Program-made: the position numbers and the translations under genes | Shown: piece after piece, positions 39,423 to 48,127 of the stretch | Position numbering within the stretch: position 1 is the first letter of the stretch | Layout of the letters: the number at the start of each line of letters is the position of its first letter | Sequence record: NC_014662.1 | Source of the DNA: Enterobacter phage CC31 | Direction: 5' to 3' (one strand) | Length of the DNA stretch: 64,000 nucleotides | Notes under the pieces: model-generated | Told to the model about the DNA's origin: nothing | Databases searched by the model: none | What the model saw: the letters and a program-made list of their open reading frames with translations, nothing else

Positions 39423-40598
39423 TTACAAATACTTTCTGAATTTCAACAGCACATCAGCATCGACATCGTTGTCAATCTGAGCTACAAGGTAACTTGAGAT
39501 TTCAACTTCTTGTGGAGCAGATTGTACCGCATCTGAGTTTAAGTATTCACGAATCCATGGGATTGGGTGACGAACAGGAGCGTCAGTAATCGGGCATGGA
39601 AGACCACAGCTACGCATACGTGAAACTGTCAGATAGTCAATGAAGTCATGAAGGATTTTCACAGATAGACCAGGAACCCCGCCATCGCGCCACAGATGAA
39701 CTGCCCATTCTTTTTCTTGGCGGTTGATTTCCATGAAGATATCAACTGCTTCTTGTTCGCATTCACGAGCAATCTGAACCCATTCTTCGCCATCAGTACC
39801 AAGCTGAAGCTGACGAATAATGTACTGTGTACCCTTAAGATGGAGCTGTTCATCACGTGCGATGAACTTCATAATCTTGGAGTTACCTTCCATGATTTCC
39901 ATGTTCTTATGGAAATTGAAGGTACATGCGAAAGATACGTAAAAACGAATTGCTTCAAGACCATTGATGACATGCAGACACAGATAAAGTGCTTTCATTA
40001 GTTCACGTTTAGCATCAATGACATATCCTTCATACATTTCAATGTCATTTTGTTGGCATGAACCAAGAGATTCTTCATACCGCTCTTTAGCGTTTTCCCA
40101 CAGACGAGTCTTCAGAATTACATCGTCATAATAATGACCAATTGTCTCAGCTCGTTTCATAATTGCTTCATCGAGAACAATCTCATCAAACACCTTTGCC
40201 GGGTCATTCAGCAGGTTACGCATGATGTGAGTATATGAACGAGAGTGAATCGTTTCAGAGAACGTCCAGGTCTGGTTCCATGTATCGAGTGATGGGTCAG
40301 AAATCAGAGCAGAAAGAACAGCAGCTGGAGCTCGGCCTTGGATTGAATCCAGAAGGCTTTGATATTTCAGATTATCAAGGAATACGTTTTGCTGGCCAAC
40401 TGGAAGCTTTTCAAATTGAGCTCGGTCAGTCATCAGGTTAACTTCTTCAGGACGCCAGAAGAACGAGAGTTGTTTCTCAATCAGTTCTTCAAATGTACGG
40501 TGGCGCTGAATATCATATCGTGCAATACCAAGCCCACTTCCGAAGAACATCGGCTCGGTCATCAAATCTACTTGTTGCGTATTAAAAACTGTGCTCAT
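39423..40598 (-). CDS. nrdB: ribonucleotide reductase small subunit (intron-free)
   Basis: 391 aa continuous ORF at the T4 nrdB position. Confidence 0.9.
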   Translation of the reverse strand: MSTVFNTQQVDLMTEPMFFGSGLGIARYDIQRHRTFEELIEKQLSFFWRPEEVNLMTDRAQFEKLPVGQQNVFLDNLKYQSLLDSIQGRAPAAVLSALISDPSLDTWNQTWTFSETIHSRSYTHIMRNLLNDPAKVFDEIVLDEAIMKRAETIGHYYDDVILKTRLWENAKERYEESLGSCQQNDIEMYEGYVIDAKRELMKALYLCLHVINGLEAIRFYVSFACTFNFHKNMEIMEGNSKIMKFIARDEQLHLKGTQYIIRQLQLGTDGEEWVQIARECEQEAVDIFMEINRQEKEWAVHLWRDGGVPGLSVKILHDFIDYLTVSRMRSCGLPCPITDAPVRHPIPWIREYLNSDAVQSAPQEVEISSYLVAQIDNDVDADVLLKFRKYL

Positions 40599-40645
40599 TA
40601 TTTACCTCTTAAGACCATCCGTGGTCCAATTATAAACTGAAAGAA

Positions 40646-42901
40646 TTAAAGCTTACATGCAGAACAATCTTCGGCTTTTGGTTTTTCGATTTCAAAATCG
40701 TCGTTACCAGAACCATCACGAGTGTTATGATAGTACAACGTCTTACCGCCAAAGTACCAGAAGTAAAGCAAGTCGTCCATCATAACAGACATTGGCACTT
40801 TACCTTTCTCATAGTTCTGAGGGTCATAGTAAGTATTAGCTGATGCAGATTGGCATACCCACTTCAACATAATAGCTACTTGAGTCAGATAAGGTTTGTT
40901 ACCCTGTTTAGCAAGTTTCCATGCATAATCATAGAGGTCAGCATTCAGTTCAACATTCGGAACTACTTGGTTGAAGCTTCCTTCTTTAGACTCTTTAATA
41001 GAGACTGGACCTCGTGGCGGCTCAATACCGTTTGTGCTGTTGGAAACCTGGGAGGAGGACTCACATGGCATGAGTGCGGACAATGTACTGTTACGGATGC
41101 CATATTGCTTGAGTTCTGCACGGAGTGCTTCCCAGTCACAAACGTAATTCGGCGCCGCGAGCTGGTCAATTCTCTTATTGTACCAGTCGATAGGTAATTC
41201 GCCTCGAGACCAACGAGTGTCTTTATAATACTCGCAAGGTCCTTTTTCTTTTGCAAGTTTAATTGATGCTTTAATGAGTGCATATTGCAGCCTTTCAAAC
41301 AGTTCATGAGTCAGGTCGTTTGCATCAGCGTATGTAGCAAAGTTATCTGCCAACCAAGCAGCATAGTTCGTTACACCAACACCCAATGCTCGGCGTTTAA
41401 GAGCTTTCAAAGCTTCTTTAACTGGATAACCTTGATAACTCAAGAGGTTGTCGAGTGCTCGGACTTGGACTTCTGCGAGTTCGTTAATAGTTTCTTGGTC
41501 TTGCCAATCGAAGTTGCCGAGCACGAACGCAGACAACGTACACAGCGCAATTTCTGCGTCTTCTGAGTAGACGTCTTTAGTAGGTAACGCAATTTCTGCG
41601 CAGAGGTTCGATTGCTTAATCGTAGCCACATCACGAATAAAAGGACCATAATCACCAACGTTATCTACGAAGTAAGGATAGATACGAGCAGTACCCGAAC
41701 GCTCAGTCAAGAACAGTTCAATTAATTCACGAGCTTTAACACGTTTCTTACGAACATCTGGGTTCTTTTCAAGAGCTTCATATTGTTCACGGAACGCAGC
41801 AGCATCTTTGAAATAGTTCTCATACAAACGACCCGCATCAATATCCGGAGAGAACAGAGTGATGTAGTCGTCTTTAATCAGACGTTCAAACATCAGGTCG
41901 TTGATTTGAACACCATAATCCAAGTGACGAATTCGGTTTTCATCTACGCCTTTGTTGTTCTTAAGTACGAGGAGGTTCTCAACTTCAAGGTGCCAGATTG
42001 GATAGTACAATGTCGCCGCGCCACCACGGACTCCGCCTTGGGAACAAGACTTAACTGCTGTTTGGATGTGTTTCCAGAAAGGAATAACTCCAGTATGCTT
42101 GACTTCTCCGAAGCCGATTTTTGAACCTTCTGCACGAATCATACCTGCGTTAATGCCGATACCAGCACGTTTAGAGATGTACTCTACAATTGATTCAGCT
42201 GATTTGTTAATTGACTTCAGTGAATCACCAGCTTCAATAACAACGCAAGAACTGAATTGACGAGTAGGAGTACGAGCACCTGCCATGATTGGAGTTGGCA
42301 GAGAAATTTTCTTAGTTGACACAGCATCATAAAAACGAATAGTGTTAACCAAGCGATTTTCACCATCATCCTGGTGCAGAGTCATACCGATGAGCATGAA
42401 TGCAAACTGAGGAGTTTCGATGATTTGACCCGTGCTGCGGTCTTTAACCAGGTATTTTTCAATGAGCTGCATTGTACCAGCATACGTCATTTCAAAATCA
42501 CGGTCATGAACAATTTTACTTTCAAGCAGAGCAATTTCTTCAGCAGACCATTTGGCAAGAACTTCTTTGTCATATTTGTTGTGATTAACACCAAATGAAA
42601 TCTGGTCAATAAATGAACGAGGCTCAAACTGCCCATAAACTTGCTTACGGAGATTGAACATCGCCAGATTACTTGCGACGTACTGATAATCTGGTTCTTC
42701 AATTGAAATCATTGAAGCTGCAACCTTAGTAGCTGCGCGTTGAATGTCATACGTCGTCATTCCATCTTGCAGATGTGGAACGATAGCTTGATATAGCTCA
42801 TATGGGTCAACTCGGGTGTTTTCACAACCCCATTCCAGAACCTTAATAAGTTTTTCTGGAGTAAATTCCTGAGAGGTACCACTGGACTTAATTACTTTCA
42901 T
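40646..42901 (-). CDS. nrdA: ribonucleotide reductase large subunit
   Basis: 751 aa class Ia RNR alpha chain at the T4 nrdA position. Confidence 0.9.
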   Translation of the reverse strand: MKVIKSSGTSQEFTPEKLIKVLEWGCENTRVDPYELYQAIVPHLQDGMTTYDIQRAATKVAASMISIEEPDYQYVASNLAMFNLRKQVYGQFEPRSFIDQISFGVNHNKYDKEVLAKWSAEEIALLESKIVHDRDFEMTYAGTMQLIEKYLVKDRSTGQIIETPQFAFMLIGMTLHQDDGENRLVNTIRFYDAVSTKKISLPTPIMAGARTPTRQFSSCVVIEAGDSLKSINKSAESIVEYISKRAGIGINAGMIRAEGSKIGFGEVKHTGVIPFWKHIQTAVKSCSQGGVRGGAATLYYPIWHLEVENLLVLKNNKGVDENRIRHLDYGVQINDLMFERLIKDDYITLFSPDIDAGRLYENYFKDAAAFREQYEALEKNPDVRKKRVKARELIELFLTERSGTARIYPYFVDNVGDYGPFIRDVATIKQSNLCAEIALPTKDVYSEDAEIALCTLSAFVLGNFDWQDQETINELAEVQVRALDNLLSYQGYPVKEALKALKRRALGVGVTNYAAWLADNFATYADANDLTHELFERLQYALIKASIKLAKEKGPCEYYKDTRWSRGELPIDWYNKRIDQLAAPNYVCDWEALRAELKQYGIRNSTLSALMPCESSSQVSNSTNGIEPPRGPVSIKESKEGSFNQVVPNVELNADLYDYAWKLAKQGNKPYLTQVAIMLKWVCQSASANTYYDPQNYEKGKVPMSVMMDDLLYFWYFGGKTLYYHNTRDGSGNDDFEIEKPKAEDCSACKL

Positions 42902-43199
42902 GCAAATCCTCTAGCGTAAATGTGTCTTTGAATAATCTGTTTACTATATGAGCTATTATATCACCATGGCAAGCTTTAGGTTTACAAGTGCATCCTAATC
43001 TCATTCCACGGAGAGTCTCCAGGTGCTCACGTTTTATTTCACCACTCCTAATACGCTTAATGAAGTCCTCTTTAAAGGCTTCAATGGCAGCCTCCCGGCT
43101 GCCAGCATTTTTACCAACGTCATTACCCCACATTGTACCTCGTTGGATATTAACGTCGAAATCGGAATGGTATTTATTAACCACTCGACAAGCTCTCAT
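42888..43199 (-). CDS. hypothetical protein with LGCTCKPKACHGD motif
   Basis: 103 aa; start overlaps nrdA by 14 nt. Confidence 0.6.
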   Translation of the reverse strand: MRACRVVNKYHSDFDVNIQRGTMWGNDVGKNAGSREAAIEAFKEDFIKRIRSGEIKREHLETLRGMRLGCTCKPKACHGDIIAHIVNRLFKDTFTLEDLHESN

Positions 43200-43429
43200 T
43201 TAACTTCCACAATAAACCATGTATCATGAATTAATTGATTAGATTCAAGTCCGAATTCTTCAAAACCGTGCGCTTTTTCGTATGCATGGACAACGTTACG
43301 AACATAGAGACGCGCTCCACGAACTTGAATAATTGAACCGACCTTTGGAATTTCAGAATCACGGATGTTATAAACTTCTGCGATAGGGTCTTCTTCATTA
43401 TTTTGAATTACAATTCTAAGATGTGGCAT
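43196..43429 (-). CDS. hypothetical protein
   Basis: 77 aa ORF. Confidence 0.55.
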   Translation of the reverse strand: MPHLRIVIQNNEEDPIAEVYNIRDSEIPKVGSIIQVRGARLYVRNVVHAYEKAHGFEEFGLESNQLIHDTWFIVEVK

Positions 43430-44475
43430 TATGCTTTACTCACAATAACAACGCGTTCAGTAGATTCACCAACAATTTCAATGTGATGAGCCAGAACTAT
43501 ATGAAAATAGCCATTAATCATAATAGAAGAGTTTAATTTGAAGTCAGCATCGCACAGTTGCTCATCAGTTTGAGCATAAACGATACTTCCCAAAGCATTT
43601 GTAAATTTAGTAATCATACAGCCATTTTTTCCTTTGATTGTTGGGTGACTTTCATAGTTAACTAACTTGAAGTCTTCGATAACAGCAAATCGGTTTATCC
43701 ACTTAAGCTGAGATGAAGTTTGCCAGCGCTCAAACTCAATTGGAAAATCAATTTCAAGATTGCAGAGTTCTTTTGGCTCTCGACGAAGAATTTCTTCGCA
43801 CTGCTCAATATGATTTGAATAAATGTGAGTGTTGCCGCCAGTAAATACCAAATGACCAGGTTTTAAGCCAGTCATTTTAGCTACGATATGAATCAAAGCA
43901 GCATACGACGCAATATTGAATGGTAGACCAAGGAATACATCTACCGACCTCTGGTACCACTGGAGGTCCAGAAGCCCATTGCGTACGTTGAACTGATATA
44001 TCATATGGCATGGTGGAAGCGCCATCTTAGGGATGTCTAGAGGGTTCCAGGCGGTCACAATTTGACGGCGGTCATTAGGTAGTTCTTTGATTCGGTTAAT
44101 AACCAAAGTCAATTGGTCAACACCCATAAAGTCTCGCCACTGCTTACCATAAACCGGACCAAGCTCGCCGTCGACATATCCCATTGAACGAGCTTGATTT
44201 TCGTAGTTGTCGTCCCAAACAGTTTTACCATTTGTCGGAGACCCATGCTGACGAAGACGCAAATCGTTTACATTCGTTGAACCGGACAAGAACCACAGAA
44301 GTTCTGCAATACATGCTTTCCAAGCAAGCTTCTTGGTAGTCACTGCTGGAAAACCTTCTTGCAAATCAAATCGTAATTGAGTACCAAACACAGCACAAGT
44401 GCCAGTTCCTGTGCGGTCGTCAGTTACATAGCCTTCATCAAAGATGTGTTGAATTAGTTGTTGATATTGTTTCAT
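43429..44475 (-). CDS. td: thymidylate synthase, intron-free; ORF as sequenced carries a 62-codon C-terminal extension
   Basis: TS motifs (ALPPCHMIYQF, DVFLGLPFNIASYA) complete through HPTIKGK at about residue 283; frame then continues to 43429, see finding. Confidence 0.85.
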   Translation of the reverse strand: MKQYQQLIQHIFDEGYVTDDRTGTGTCAVFGTQLRFDLQEGFPAVTTKKLAWKACIAELLWFLSGSTNVNDLRLRQHGSPTNGKTVWDDNYENQARSMGYVDGELGPVYGKQWRDFMGVDQLTLVINRIKELPNDRRQIVTAWNPLDIPKMALPPCHMIYQFNVRNGLLDLQWYQRSVDVFLGLPFNIASYAALIHIVAKMTGLKPGHLVFTGGNTHIYSNHIEQCEEILRREPKELCNLEIDFPIEFERWQTSSQLKWINRFAVIEDFKLVNYESHPTIKGKNGCMITKFTNALGSIVYAQTDEQLCDADFKLNSSIMINGYFHIVLAHHIEIVGESTERVVIVSKA

Positions 44476-44822
44476 TGGTTTCCTGGACGAAAGAAGATTT
44501 CACGGCCTTGTTTATCAAAACGACCAAAAACAGTCATCGTATTACCGGAGATAACAACGTTACCTTTAGCAATATGATGAATTGTTTGACGAGTGTTCAT
44601 CATAATTTTAACACCTAAACCATGAGCAATTCTGATGCCTTCATCAGCTGCCCAAGTGTCATTGATTTCAACGTCAATACGATAAAATCCATGAGGAATT
44701 GTTTTGTACAGCTCAGGTTTACGCTTATACTGTTCAATAGTAGGAGGATTACCCTCGATTACTAAAGCCCAATTCTTTTGGGCTTCTTCTTGTATCAACG
44801 TCAAATGATTATTGATTTTCAT
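44472..44822 (-). CDS. hypothetical protein, paralog B of a tandem pair
   Basis: Shares HG.Y and GNV..S.G..T..G.F.K.G...FF.P blocks with 44809..45129; start codon uncertain (ORF-track start 44879). Confidence 0.55.
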   Translation of the reverse strand: MKINNHLTLIQEEAQKNWALVIEGNPPTIEQYKRKPELYKTIPHGFYRIDVEINDTWAADEGIRIAHGLGVKIMMNTRQTIHHIAKGNVVISGNTMTVFGRFDKQGREIFFRPGNQ

Positions 44823-45129
44823 ATTGTTCTTCCAACGGATTGAAGAATACTTGACTTCCGCTTTTAAAGAAGTCTCCAATCATTGTAACACACCCATTTG
44901 AAAAGCTAACATTACCGTTCATTGAAGCAAGCAGTACTGATTTCATTGAACGACAAAGCTCAATTGGATTATTTCCGGTGCCGTCATATATAGTGTACTC
45001 ACCATTACGGTATTCTCTGATATCTCCAACCGCAAAGGATAACTCATACACGCCGTGTACTTTGTTCCAGTTCTTCCATTTCTTTTGAGTTTTGTAAGTC
45101 TCTAACAAACGAAGATTATATCCGTTCAT
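44809..45129 (-). CDS. hypothetical protein, paralog A of a tandem pair
   Basis: 106 aa; similarity to the downstream ORF visible by eye. Confidence 0.55.
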   Translation of the reverse strand: MNGYNLRLLETYKTQKKWKNWNKVHGVYELSFAVGDIREYRNGEYTIYDGTGNNPIELCRSMKSVLLASMNGNVSFSNGCVTMIGDFFKSGSQVFFNPLEEQYENQ

Positions 45130-45709
45130 AGACAGTCTCCGTTAATGAAGTTAGTTCATCACAACGTACCCAAGAAGTTTCTACCATTTGGAATGCGTTT
45201 TCCCATGCTGGATATGAAATGAAGCTCATGTCCAGAGTGACATCAGAGTTAACGCGATGCTTCTTCTGTATTGACGTTTGGACTATACGGTCTGCGTATG
45301 GCTGAGCCGTCTCTAGAATCCCCTTACCACCAATAACAGAATAGTTATCATTCGGAAGAAGACGAATACGAATGCCACCATGATTTGTGTAGTAGTTATT
45401 AGTTTTGTCAAGGAAAGCTTTAAATTCTTCTGGGCTCATGTAGCCATCAGGAAATAAACCATCTTTTGCTTGAGCAAATGGACGATTCATATCTTGGACA
45501 ACAATGCACTTGCGACCTTTAAGAGCAGTAGGCATGCTCATCCAAGTTTTTGCACCCATGATAACGACAGTGTCTTTAGTGCGTTTTGCAAAGTTTTGCA
45601 TATCACGCTTGATATGACCCCAAGGCAAGCCATCTTTAAGACCAAAAGCATATTCGTTTTGACCGTCAACGGTCTTGGTTCCGCAATAAGCATATACGAG
45701 TTGTAGCAT
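45116..45709 (-). CDS. frd: dihydrofolate reductase
   Basis: GLPWG, IMGAKT and VIGG motifs; start at MLQLVYAY overlapping the upstream stop. Confidence 0.85.
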   Translation of the reverse strand: MLQLVYAYCGTKTVDGQNEYAFGLKDGLPWGHIKRDMQNFAKRTKDTVVIMGAKTWMSMPTALKGRKCIVVQDMNRPFAQAKDGLFPDGYMSPEEFKAFLDKTNNYYTNHGGIRIRLLPNDNYSVIGGKGILETAQPYADRIVQTSIQKKHRVNSDVTLDMSFISYPAWENAFQMVETSWVRCDELTSLTETVYERI

Positions 45710-45921
45710 TATGATTTCCTGCATTTGATGAGTGCGTTGTAAAGGCGACGAGTAAATTCAATATTAGCTTCACGACCAATACGAGAGAAGAAGCCTTTAG
45801 TCATATCATCATATGATTGCTTTAAGCCAGTAGTGATTTCATCGACAGCCTTATTATATCCGGATTTATGAGCTTTGGCTTTAGCTTCTTCAAACTCTTC
45901 AAGAGTCATTGTGATTTGCAT
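45709..45921 (-). CDS. hypothetical protein
   Basis: 70 aa ORF. Confidence 0.5.
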   Translation of the reverse strand: MQITMTLEEFEEAKAKAHKSGYNKAVDEITTGLKQSYDDMTKGFFSRIGREANIEFTRRLYNALIKCRKS

Positions 45922-46160
45922 TATCGCACCTCAATATAAGCGACATACTTAGGAAGAATATAACCATCATCACCAGAACCAATAGCAAAGCGATAATTTT
46001 TATTGCGGCCCTGTTCCCAGACTAATTCAACCGTGTGAACTGTGCCATAAGTAGTTTCAACGATGAATGGCTTATCATATGCTTCATTTGCATAAAGTGT
46101 ATCAAGGCAAAAATCAGGACCAATTTTAACCAAACAGATGTCTTTGTATTCAAGTTCCAT
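45921..46160 (-). CDS. hypothetical protein
   Basis: 79 aa ORF. Confidence 0.5.
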   Translation of the reverse strand: MELEYKDICLVKIGPDFCLDTLYANEAYDKPFIVETTYGTVHTVELVWEQGRNKNYRFAIGSGDDGYILPKYVAYIEVR

Positions 46161-46402
46161 TACAATAATCCTTTTTCTTCAATGAATGCAATATCATCTG
46201 GGTCTATACCATAATCCATATCTTCACCAGGTTTCACAAAGCTAAAATGACCATCCTCCTTGCAAAGTTCTGCTTGGAAAATAGAACCCCATTTATCTTC
46301 AAGAACTAAAAGGCCACTGTAATGCTGGCTTTTCATCATTAGCCCGAGCTCATGAGGAGTTTTGTATTCAAATTCTTTTAATTCAATATTTTTACGTTTC
46401 AT
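46160..46402 (-). CDS. hypothetical protein
   Basis: Trimmed to the ATG in TAATG overlap with the upstream small ORF. Confidence 0.5.
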   Translation of the reverse strand: MKRKNIELKEFEYKTPHELGLMMKSQHYSGLLVLEDKWGSIFQAELCKEDGHFSFVKPGEDMDYGIDPDDIAFIEEKGLL

Positions 46403-46500
46403 TAACCTTGCCTCATTCCGCATTTAAAGCATTTACCGCCAAGTGACCACAAACCGGCACCACAATACTTGCATTCCCAATCAGAAAGAATTCGAATCAT
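46402..46500 (-). CDS. putative zinc-ribbon mini-protein (32 aa), not in ORF track
   Basis: MIRILSDWECKYCGAGLWSLGGKCFKCGMRQG with two CxxC pairs; overlaps upstream gene end by 20 nt. Confidence 0.3.
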   Translation of the reverse strand: MIRILSDWECKYCGAGLWSLGGKCFKCGMRQG

Positions 46501-46804
46501 AACCAGCAGCCCTTACAAGACGACGCATCAGTTCCATTCCGTCTTCAACAGCACAAGCAAGTTCTTCAAATGCTGCTTTAGTGAAGATGAAAGCCGCACC
46601 TACTTTCTGGCGTTGAAGATAACCGTTGATGATTTGGTCATCCAGCGGGAAGGTGCCATATCCAGTTTCAATTATGCCTGACACTCGGTTACCACGGGAG
46701 TGTGGGTCATACTCCATAGTAATCCAAGATACACCTGGAAAATTCTCAAACTGACAACGTACTTTAACTTTAGGATACGCAATTGAGTGAATATGGTTAG
46801 ACAT
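46481..46804 (-). CDS. hypothetical protein
   Basis: 107 aa ORF. Confidence 0.55.
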   Translation of the reverse strand: MSNHIHSIAYPKVKVRCQFENFPGVSWITMEYDPHSRGNRVSGIIETGYGTFPLDDQIINGYLQRQKVGAAFIFTKAAFEELACAVEDGMELMRRLVRAAGYDSNSF

Positions 46805-47088
46805 TATTTTGGTTCCTTTTTAGCAATTTTCCAGGCCGCTTTGAAAGCTTCGACTTCAGAAATTTCAATCCAAAAACCGCTGCCAAAGCCATCGTTATAG
46901 CAGGGACAGCCATCGCAGTAATTGTCCCAAGTAAGTACCAGACCATCACCACGAACAGCACCAGTTTCCATTTCGCGAAGGCGATCTTCAGCAGCTTCAA
47001 TAACTTCTGGGTCATTCCCTTCAATGATAAAGTACCACTTGCCATTGTATTCGCTTCCGAGTTTAATTGATTGACGTTGAAGTTTCAT
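46804..47088 (-). CDS. hypothetical protein
   Basis: Trimmed to MKLQRQ behind early promoter and GGAG ribosome-binding site; CDGCPC motif. Confidence 0.55.
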   Translation of the reverse strand: MKLQRQSIKLGSEYNGKWYFIIEGNDPEVIEAAEDRLREMETGAVRGDGLVLTWDNYCDGCPCYNDGFGSGFWIEISEVEAFKAAWKIAKKEPK

Positions 47089-47114
47089 TTTGTTCTCCTT
47101 TGTTTTGATAGGGC

Positions 47115-47145
47115 TATAGTAACACACCATAGCCCTGATGTAAAC
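47115..47145 (-). promoter_or_regulatory. early promoter
   Basis: Family member; -10 flanked by GGGCTAT/ATAGCCC inverted repeat. Confidence 0.6.
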
Positions 47146-47147
47146 GG

Positions 47148-47396
47148 TTAGTCGTCTACTTTTAGCAACTTTTTGAAAGCATCAAATGTTTTCATATGCT
47201 TAGCTTCAACATAAACATGCTTAACCATCTTGCCTTCAAGTGAGAAGACTTCAACTACCAAGTCATAGCACTCATCTTCAACGAGTTTCATGCATTTTGG
47301 AGTAGAAGCTTTGTCAAACAGCTGTACCAAGTTGTTGCCAGCCCAGATGTTTTTGCTGCCATCATAGCTATAATCTTCAGAAAGAACATAAAACAT
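47148..47396 (-). CDS. hypothetical protein
   Basis: Trimmed to MFYVLSEDY; longer N-terminus would read through an intergenic hairpin. Confidence 0.55.
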   Translation of the reverse strand: MFYVLSEDYSYDGSKNIWAGNNLVQLFDKASTPKCMKLVEDECYDLVVEVFSLEGKMVKHVYVEAKHMKTFDAFKKLLKVDD

Positions 47397-47428
47397 TTCA
47401 ATCTCCAAAGGGCCCGAAGGCCCCATTA

Positions 47429-47701
47429 TTAAGCGGTGTAATCTTCCATCATTTCCATGATGTATTCATAATCTTCTTCGTCTTGAGCATAAAAATTCTT
47501 AACCCAAAGACCGATGTCTACTTGATGACCAATTAATTTAATTTCTGGCCATCCGTCGCCTTGACCACTTTCATTTACAACTTCAAATTTCAAACCACTA
47601 AACGGGCTATTGAAACGAGAGCCATCGTCAAACTGCAAATCAACTACTTTACCATTTTCTTTAACGAGGTCGCATACGATGTCAATTACAAGTTGTTTCA
47701 T
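47429..47701 (-). CDS. hypothetical protein
   Basis: 90 aa behind early promoter. Confidence 0.55.
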   Translation of the reverse strand: MKQLVIDIVCDLVKENGKVVDLQFDDGSRFNSPFSGLKFEVVNESGQGDGWPEIKLIGHQVDIGLWVKNFYAQDEEDYEYIMEMMEDYTA

Positions 47702-47730
47702 TTTGATTTACTCTCTGTTGTTTTGATAGT

Positions 47731-47763
47731 GCTATAATACCACATCCATGTGGTGATGTAAAC
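47731..47763 (-). promoter_or_regulatory. early promoter (GTTTAC -35, TGG-TATTAT -10)
   Basis: Family member; palindrome CCACATCCATGTGG in the spacer. Confidence 0.6.
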
Positions 47764-47765
47764 GG

Positions 47766-47990
47766 TTAGTTGCAAATTTCAGAAATAGTGTCAGCCAAGA
47801 ATTCGCCAGTTTCGTCAGCGCCTACGCAGTAAGATTCAGTTAAGAATTTTACAATTTTCTCACGAGGACCGAATACTTTGTATTCATATCCCCATTCTAC
47901 ATCGCCTGCTAATTCGCAGTTAAGACCAAATTGTTCAACTTCAGCTTCGAAATGTTCTTCATCTGCAACGCCGAGATAGATATGTGCCAT
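47766..47990 (-). CDS. hypothetical protein
   Basis: 74 aa behind early promoter. Confidence 0.55.
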   Translation of the reverse strand: MAHIYLGVADEEHFEAEVEQFGLNCELAGDVEWGYEYKVFGPREKIVKFLTESYCVGADETGEFLADTISEICN

Positions 47991-48021
47991 TTTGTTTTAC
48001 TCCGTTTGGTTGGTGTAAGAG

Positions 48022-48052
48022 TATAGTAACACAGCTTAAAGCGGATGTAAAC
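48022..48052 (-). promoter_or_regulatory. early promoter
   Basis: Family member, just downstream of the palindromic repeat pair. Confidence 0.6.
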
Positions 48053-48059
48053 GGCAGAA

Positions 48060-48121
48060 TTAACGTAACGTATAAGTTACTTTAGGTGGGAATTGGGAGG
48101 TTAATGTAACGTATAAGTTAC
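48060..48121. repeat. two direct copies of a 21-bp element TTAAYGTAACGTATAAGTTAC, each holding the palindrome GTAAC-N6-GTTAC
   Basis: Copies at 48060-48080 and 48101-48121, centres 41 bp apart, between the gene 32 terminator and the next early promoter. Confidence 0.8.
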
Positions 48122-48127
48122 GATTCC

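Noticed and set aside
40850-42260. Several plus-strand ORFs (60-115 aa) inside nrdA
   Set aside because: Antisense to a well-supported minus-strand gene; no promoter or ribosome-binding site context
46797-47045. 82-aa hydrophobic ORF that looks membrane-protein-like
   Set aside because: Same strand but alternative frame almost fully overlapping the 46804..47088 ORF, which has the promoter and ribosome-binding site; the hydrophobic run is probably a frame artefact, though not formally excluded
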